Virus record (IMG/VR): IMGVR_UViG_3300046004_000392
Coordinates: 1-63,229 of that record
Direction: 5' to 3' (one strand)
DNA: 63,229 nt
Source: a virus
Lineage: Duplodnaviria; Caudoviricetes
A model generated the notes under the pieces. That model was not told the DNA's origin, searched no databases, and saw only the letters and a program-made list of their open reading frames with translations. Position 1 is the first letter of the stretch. Every line of letters begins with the position of its first letter. Positions 58,136 through 63,229 of the stretch are shown piece by piece. A program made the position numbers and the translations under genes.

Positions 58136-59337
58136 TATGTTTTAAGATGTAACACTTTGCCTGTATCGCTTGTGTATGATGGGTTATCTACCACACACCA
58201 TATAACTGGATTAGCTACGTCAGACCAGTCGCCCTCACCGCCGTAACAACCATCAGTTAGAACGATAGTGATTTCCGGATTCAAGCTGTGCTCTTTCATG
58301 TACGCAGGTATACAGCTTGGGTCAGTACCTCCACCACCTCTTGGTTTCGTCGTATCCAATAGCGAGTCATATTCGGTTTCGGTATAGAACTCATGCCCTG
58401 CCACACGTGTATCCCAATACAGTAAGTCCAGTCCTTCGGGCATCACTTCGTCACAGATAGATTTAATCTCTGTCATAAACGTATCGTGAATTACTCCACC
58501 GATGGAACCCGACGTATCGTCAGCCACACAGATTCGGCCGACCTTGTGGTTAATGTTTTGTGGTAGGTAAATATCAGCACCTAGGTGTCGCTTACTAAAC
58601 TTGCGCCACGAACTATCGCCTGTACCTTTACACGTAACCTTAACTAAGTCGCGTAGCAATTCTGTCCACGGCACCTGTGGCTCAACTAGGCTTTGCATAC
58701 CACGTGGTACGTCGCCACCCATCTTACCTGCCAACTGCTTACCTTGATGTAGTGCTTGCGTAACGCGTGAACCTAATTCCTGTTTCTCCTCAGGAGTTAA
58801 TTCTTCTGCCCCTTCAAAGTCGTGGTCATCAAATTGGTCATCGCCCAGTTCGTCTTTTGCGCGTGGGTTCTGACCAGTTCCATATTCTTTGACAAGCAAA
58901 TCAAATACTTGCTGTGCGTCCATACCACGATACTTCTCGTCGAGTAAGCCCATACGTGACCCATCGTCATTCTGAGGAAATGCTATCTCTGTTTCGTTTG
59001 GGTCTTGGTCTACTAGCTGTAAGTTAATCACGTAGTCACACGCACAGTTCGCAAGCATAGGGTCTTTGTCGTAAAGATGTTTCCACGTAGTAGTGTGTCG
59101 CCACGCAATGTGCGATAGCTCATGTAATACTACAAACAACATTTGCTTATCGTTCATCTTATTGACAAACTCTCTACCGTAGATTACGTCCCTACCATTA
59201 GTACATGCTGTTGGTATGTCGTCGCTTACCGATACCTTACCTATCATAGTAAGCCCCGAGTAGAAGCGGAATAGTTTGGACTGCATGATTGATACATGCG
59301 CCCTCTCTACCTTTTGTTCTGCTGTTAATGTTGCCAT
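58135..59337 (-). CDS. HExxH metallopeptidase-like + VWA domain protein (DUF2201-like)
   Basis: TACTNG, LHELSH, MIDAS DTSGS, GGGGT, LTDG. Confidence 0.85.
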   Translation of the reverse strand: MATLTAEQKVERAHVSIMQSKLFRFYSGLTMIGKVSVSDDIPTACTNGRDVIYGREFVNKMNDKQMLFVVLHELSHIAWRHTTTWKHLYDKDPMLANCACDYVINLQLVDQDPNETEIAFPQNDDGSRMGLLDEKYRGMDAQQVFDLLVKEYGTGQNPRAKDELGDDQFDDHDFEGAEELTPEEKQELGSRVTQALHQGKQLAGKMGGDVPRGMQSLVEPQVPWTELLRDLVKVTCKGTGDSSWRKFSKRHLGADIYLPQNINHKVGRICVADDTSGSIGGVIHDTFMTEIKSICDEVMPEGLDLLYWDTRVAGHEFYTETEYDSLLDTTKPRGGGGTDPSCIPAYMKEHSLNPEITIVLTDGCYGGEGDWSDVANPVIWCVVDNPSYTSDTGKVLHLKT

Positions 59338-59353
59338 ATTGTTTCTCCTAAAT

Positions 59354-59383
59354 GGACAGTATAACTAGACTGTTATGTTGTCC
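59354..59383. repeat. 12-6-12 palindromic element, copy 5 (inverted)
   Basis: GGACAGTATAAC TAGACT GTTATGTTGTCC. Confidence 0.85.
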
Positions 59384-60453
59384 TAAAATAAATACTGATT
59401 AGCACGAGCCCAATCCACGAACGCTTGTGAACTAAACAAGATACGTTTCTTTTCCTCGTTCTTACTTGCGGTCAGACAGAATACAGACTGCAACTCTTTC
59501 GGAGTGCGTTTCATATAGTCGAACCACTTCCCTATCGTATCCCTCTGTACACGTTGAACTGCACCGAACGCTAAGATACACAAGGCGGCCGGATTGTTAG
59601 GTACGATTGCCTCACTTGGTTTATCAATGATACTGTCCCACGTAGGTAAGCTGTCGGCTATATCAATGAACGCATACAAGTCACGCGCACCACTAGCACC
59701 GATAGTACCTTCCAATGCACACAGTAACGCTTGCGTGTTGTAATCATTCTTGTTCTTAACGATGTTACTTGCCAACTCTAGTGAGCGTGGCGATACGAAG
59801 CTACGTTGTGAGAACTTAGGGTTGTAGATGTACTGATTGTCCGATTGTGATGGGTCACGATACGAACCTAGTACTTGAGGGAACTCACGAACCCACGCTA
59901 GTACCACAGGTGCAATCTTGTCCATACCCCAACTCAACCATTCCTCACTCGTAGGCTTGCGTACATTGAGTACACTCAGACGGTTTCGGCTATGACTCGC
60001 CATCACGTCGCCCACTGCGTCAGTCGTCAAGTTACCTGCTGTGATAACCACGCTATCCTTGTGCAGGGTAAGACCACTTATCCTTCTGGGGTTTGTCAGC
60101 AAAGGGTGTAACATATTCTTAACTGCCGACGCACCTTTGGTAAACTCGTCAAGCATGATGCACAACGGCTCGTCAGTGTGAAAGCCCCAATGTTCGTTCG
60201 GGTACAACTTGGTCGTGCCTGTTTCTCTGTCGGGCATAGGTATACCTAAGTCGCCCAACTCTGTGTTGGGTACGTCAATATAGATAGCACGCATACCTAG
60301 TCGGTCAGCGATTGATTGGTGCATTGCTGTTTTACCAACTCCGGGCTCGCCCACTAAGTGGAACGTGTTGCTTGCGCCTACGGAAACGATTAAGTCTGAC
60401 GCTTCACGTAGGCTAACCTGTGTGTCAAGGTTGATATTCATTTGGTTGCTCAT
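59383..60453 (-). CDS. MoxR-type AAA+ ATPase
   Basis: GEPGVGKT, MLDEF, TAGN, NR finger, SPRS. Confidence 0.85.
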   Translation of the reverse strand: MSNQMNINLDTQVSLREASDLIVSVGASNTFHLVGEPGVGKTAMHQSIADRLGMRAIYIDVPNTELGDLGIPMPDRETGTTKLYPNEHWGFHTDEPLCIMLDEFTKGASAVKNMLHPLLTNPRRISGLTLHKDSVVITAGNLTTDAVGDVMASHSRNRLSVLNVRKPTSEEWLSWGMDKIAPVVLAWVREFPQVLGSYRDPSQSDNQYIYNPKFSQRSFVSPRSLELASNIVKNKNDYNTQALLCALEGTIGASGARDLYAFIDIADSLPTWDSIIDKPSEAIVPNNPAALCILAFGAVQRVQRDTIGKWFDYMKRTPKELQSVFCLTASKNEEKKRILFSSQAFVDWARANQYLF

Positions 60454-60464
60454 TTTTATTATCC

Positions 60465-60848
60465 TTAGTCTTGTTTTGTAAATGTGTTTAAGTACGCAAG
60501 TGTACCCAGTACTGCAGGTACGTCAGCAGGTGTGCACTCATAGTCTATGTCTGATTTGTTGATTAGTACTTTGCCCTCATAGATTGTAATGAGTAGTCCG
60601 TACATAGTGGCTAGGTCAGCCATTATCTTGCTTGCTTCAGCGATACCATCAGATACGATTTGCACGTTAGATGGGCGACCTTGTTTCTTAGCTTTCATCT
60701 GTTTAGCTTTAAGTGCTTTGCGTTTCATGTCATGCACGATGGTCACGTGACAATCAACTGCGTCAGCGATTTGCTGTGCCGTTAGTTTCGGGTGTGTTAC
60801 TAACATGTCACGTACCATTTGAGTTTTGTTAATGCCTGCTACTTTCAT
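60465..60848 (-). CDS. HTH DNA-binding protein
   Basis: LTAQQIADAVDCHVTIVH. Confidence 0.6.
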   Translation of the reverse strand: MKVAGINKTQMVRDMLVTHPKLTAQQIADAVDCHVTIVHDMKRKALKAKQMKAKKQGRPSNVQIVSDGIAEASKIMADLATMYGLLITIYEGKVLINKSDIDYECTPADVPAVLGTLAYLNTFTKQD

Positions 60849-60871
60849 TTTGTTTCTCCTTAGTTTTGAAT

Positions 60872-62092
60872 TTAAAGGACAACATAACGACGTGTTATGA
60901 TGTCTTCCTGCTCTACAAGGTACTTGTTACACAACACATACTTCTCGTTCAGTGTTGATGGGAGTACACCTTGCGATACTTCCACTTTCTTAAAGATTAA
61001 GTCTGCATACACGTACTTGATTACATCTATGATGTAGTTCTCTATCGTGGTGCCACTCACTCGCCACTCCAGTTCGGGTAGGTTTACCTTGCCAAACATC
61101 GTGTCTACGGCTATCTCTGCGTCATGATGTACTTGCTTCGCATAGCTTGAACCATTAGTTACCACGCGCAACATCATCTTGCGGACAGTTTCGGCATTGT
61201 CCGAGAATAGATTAGATATGATGGACAAGAAGTCCTCGGTGTTGTGCCCGTCTGTATAGTTAGGTTCTCCGTACTTCGCATTAGTAAACTTACTTGAGTC
61301 ACCTGTGCGTTTCATGTTCTCCGCTAGGTGTGACAGATTGGATAGGTTAGGTGCGCCTACCTTGTTCTCAATTAGGTTTCGTAGTGTGTAGCTACCATAG
61401 AAATACCCAAAGTAGGTTGCGTGCGCAGGGTCGCCTGCTTCTTTCGCATGCATTTTCTCTCTGTGTTCGTTCACCTGTTTCACGTAGTCGTCTATCACGT
61501 TCGGAAAGAAATACGCTATCTCGGGCAAAGTGTACGTAGATGACATACTTGTCATGACAAATGTCGCGTCTAAGAATGGTTTAATATTCTTGCGTATAGC
61601 GTTCATCACCTTGCGGTCAGCCTTATACTCGTAAAGCGTAGGTGCGTTGTCTAACATAGGCTCGGCAGTCTGCCAGTCCTCGCTCACTTGTAACCACAAG
61701 CCACCATCGGGTATGACAAACTCACGACCTTTTACTGTCGTGTATATCATGCGTCTACGTTCCAACCGAACCTTACCGAATTTGCGTGGTAACACTGCTT
61801 CCATAAAGTTAGCAGTAGATGGGCTTAACCAACCACCACGATTTAGTTTGATGGTGTTGTCGGGATAGATAGTTACGCAAGGTGTTTCGTACAGCACAGC
61901 CGACACGCTATCCACAAGTGGGTCGTGTTCAATCTTGCATTGCGTGTATGCCCTGTTAGTGCCGAGTGGTTTAAGTTCGGGTGTTCTACCACGTATCGGT
62001 TTCACTCTGTTGAAGTGCGCTAGTGCCATTTCGTGTGTTTCAAAGTGCGACGACCTAACACCTGCGCTAGATATAAATGTGTTCCAACTCAT
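60872..62092 (-). CDS. Hypothetical early protein (~406 aa)
   Basis: Likely start MSWNTF after AGGAG. Confidence 0.75.
   Translation of the reverse strand: MSWNTFISSAGVRSSHFETHEMALAHFNRVKPIRGRTPELKPLGTNRAYTQCKIEHDPLVDSVSAVLYETPCVTIYPDNTIKLNRGGWLSPSTANFMEAVLPRKFGKVRLERRRMIYTTVKGREFVIPDGGLWLQVSEDWQTAEPMLDNAPTLYEYKADRKVMNAIRKNIKPFLDATFVMTSMSSTYTLPEIAYFFPNVIDDYVKQVNEHREKMHAKEAGDPAHATYFGYFYGSYTLRNLIENKVGAPNLSNLSHLAENMKRTGDSSKFTNAKYGEPNYTDGHNTEDFLSIISNLFSDNAETVRKMMLRVVTNGSSYAKQVHHDAEIAVDTMFGKVNLPELEWRVSGTTIENYIIDVIKYVYADLIFKKVEVSQGVLPSTLNEKYVLCNKYLVEQEDIITRRYVVL
60877..60905. repeat. Palindromic element, copy 6 (5-nt spacer, inside ORF 3' end)
   Basis: GGACAACATAAC GACGT GTTATGATGTCT. Confidence 0.75.
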
Positions 62093-62110
62093 ATTACTCT
62101 CCTTAGTTTC

Positions 62111-62140
62111 GGACAACATAACGTGCTTGTTACATTGTCC
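62111..62140. repeat. 12-6-12 palindromic element, copy 7
   Basis: GGACAACATAAC GTGCTT GTTACATTGTCC. Confidence 0.85.
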
Positions 62141-62153
62141 TTTGGTTGATGGG

Positions 62154-62360
62154 TTATCCTACTAACCCGAATAAAATACATATTGCTATGATGATACAAA
62201 CTACTGCCACTGCTCTATCCCCTTTGTGTACTTGCGTATCAAATGCTTCACCTGCGAAGTCATCGTCAGTTAATGCACGACCAAATGCTTCCCGACTTGT
62301 GCGTGGGAAATGGTAGTGCTTGCTGTCATGCTGATTGAATTGTGTTTGGTTTCGGTTCAT
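62154..62360 (-). CDS. Small membrane protein (HFPRTSREAFG + C-terminal TM)
   Basis: AGGAG SD. Confidence 0.7.
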   Translation of the reverse strand: MNRNQTQFNQHDSKHYHFPRTSREAFGRALTDDDFAGEAFDTQVHKGDRAVAVVCIIIAICILFGLVG

Positions 62361-62369
62361 GTTGTTCTC

Positions 62370-62516
62370 CTATTGTAAAAACAAATCTAATTGCCGTTGT
62401 TCGCTAGCCAATACGTGTACATCACGACCATCAAACAGGCACTCTAAGTACGCTTTAATCCACCGTATGTTTGCGCGACCTTGCATACGCTTTTGGTGCC
62501 ACTGATACTTGTTCAT
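62370..62516 (-). CDS. Small early protein (48 aa) ending QLDLFLQ
   Basis: Hand-translated MNKYQWHQKRMQGRANIRWIKAYLECLFDGRDVHVLASEQRQLDLFLQ; ATGA overlap with upstream gene. Confidence 0.6.
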   Translation of the reverse strand: MNKYQWHQKRMQGRANIRWIKAYLECLFDGRDVHVLASEQRQLDLFLQ

Positions 62517-62725
62517 GTTCTCACCCCTTTCTGATTAGTTTCTTTGAGAGTACAAAGTGCACTCTCGCTTGTGACGAATTGGTAGTTACCCTTACCATAC
62601 TCTTGTACCACACACCAACTAGCACGCTCTATTACTGCAAGTTCCTCACCGCAGTATAAGCAGACTTTGTAACCTAGTTTGACACGACGACTGTCAATGT
62701 CATGACCACAACGAATACAACTCAT
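62513..62725 (-). CDS. DksA/TraR-type C4 zinc-finger protein
   Basis: CIRCG..I...R...GYKVCLYC; AGGAG SD; first gene after strong promoter. Confidence 0.6.
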   Translation of the reverse strand: MSCIRCGHDIDSRRVKLGYKVCLYCGEELAVIERASWCVVQEYGKGNYQFVTSESALCTLKETNQKGVRT

Positions 62726-62743
62726 AACGCTCTCCTAAATAAT

Positions 62744-62773
62744 GGACAACATAACAAACGTGTTACATTGTCC
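62744..62773. repeat. 12-6-12 palindromic element, copy 8
   Basis: GGACAACATAAC AAACGT GTTACATTGTCC. Confidence 0.85.
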
Positions 62774-62816
62774 GTGGACAGAAACCACAGGGTATAGCTA
62801 CATTACCCCAACCATT

Positions 62817-62845
62817 AGTATACCATAACCACCTACTTTTGTCAA
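62817..62845 (-). promoter_or_regulatory. Strong early sigma70 promoter
   Basis: TTGACA-N17-TATACT with extended TGn. Confidence 0.75.
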
Positions 62846-62869
62846 GCTGATGGCGTTTGTTGTGGGACG

Positions 62870-63102
62870 TTTGTTCTCTTTTGGAACATTGTTCCTTTTT
62901 GGGACAATAGGTATGTGGGTTGGTGTGGGATTGATGTAGCGTGAAGGAACAAATGCGTTCCTTTTTGGAACATTGTAAAATTGAGTGTAAGTTGCTGTTA
63001 TTATTAGTTTATTTATTTTTATTTTATATTATTATTGTATTGTTCCAAATGTTCCGTGCTTTTTAGTGAGAGGCGCCATTTTGCTTTTTTCGCTTTGCAC
63101 TG
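62870..63102. other. Candidate replication origin: GGAACA/TGTTCC repeats flanking an AT-rich tract
   Basis: Non-coding; TTTTGGAACATTGT twice; near-pure A/T run ~62997-63042. Confidence 0.5.
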
Positions 63103-63229
63103 CGCTAGGGTCACTTTGCTTAACTAAACTTTCCAAAATGCCCAAAAAACGAGGGAACAAATGGAACAAAGGAACATTACTGCATAATCAACGAGTTAGC
63201 AGGGAACAATACAAGGAACAATACAAAAC
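63103..63229. repeat. Terminal direct repeat (identical to 1-127)
   Basis: Exact match to the start of the window. Confidence 0.9.

Noticed and set aside
55381-62773. CRISPR array interpretation of the 30-nt palindromes
   Set aside because: Copies are 0.6-2 kb apart with whole genes between them; the variable part is only the 5-6 nt centre; no cas operon

Overview
Complete, circularly assembled ~63.1 kb dsDNA tailed-phage genome. The first and last 127 nt are identical, which looks like an assembler overlap. The layout is podovirus-like. A rightward late arm (1.9-42 kb) carries terminase, portal, GroES, scaffold, major capsid, small basic proteins, tail/fibre proteins, lysis genes and ejected internal proteins, including a 2243-aa polyvalent protein. 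A leftward arm carries replication genes (primase-helicase, SSB-like, SNF2 helicase, Cas4-like exonuclease, PolA with Leu762, VRR-NUC) and early genes (MoxR-type AAA+/VWA-peptidase pair, DksA/TraR-type Zn finger). I saw no integrase, RNA polymerase, tRNA or CRISPR. Highlights missing from the ORF track: (1) a 23-codon pqqA (PQQ precursor peptide) right after the capsid gene, pointing to a methylotroph host, probably Methylophilaceae; (2) eight copies of a 12-6-12 palindrome (GGACAACATAAC-N6-GTTACATTGTCC) that punctuate only the early region; (3) a compact double-pseudoknot 5' leader RNA behind its own sigma70 promoter; (4) a duplicated 47-nt translation-initiation cassette with a hairpin between SD and ATG; (5) a shared [FYML][AK]xGG motif across many basic and ejected virion proteins; (6) a small early protein ending in the beta-clamp motif QLDLF. 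All product calls come from motif recognition and synteny by eye; no database searches were run.
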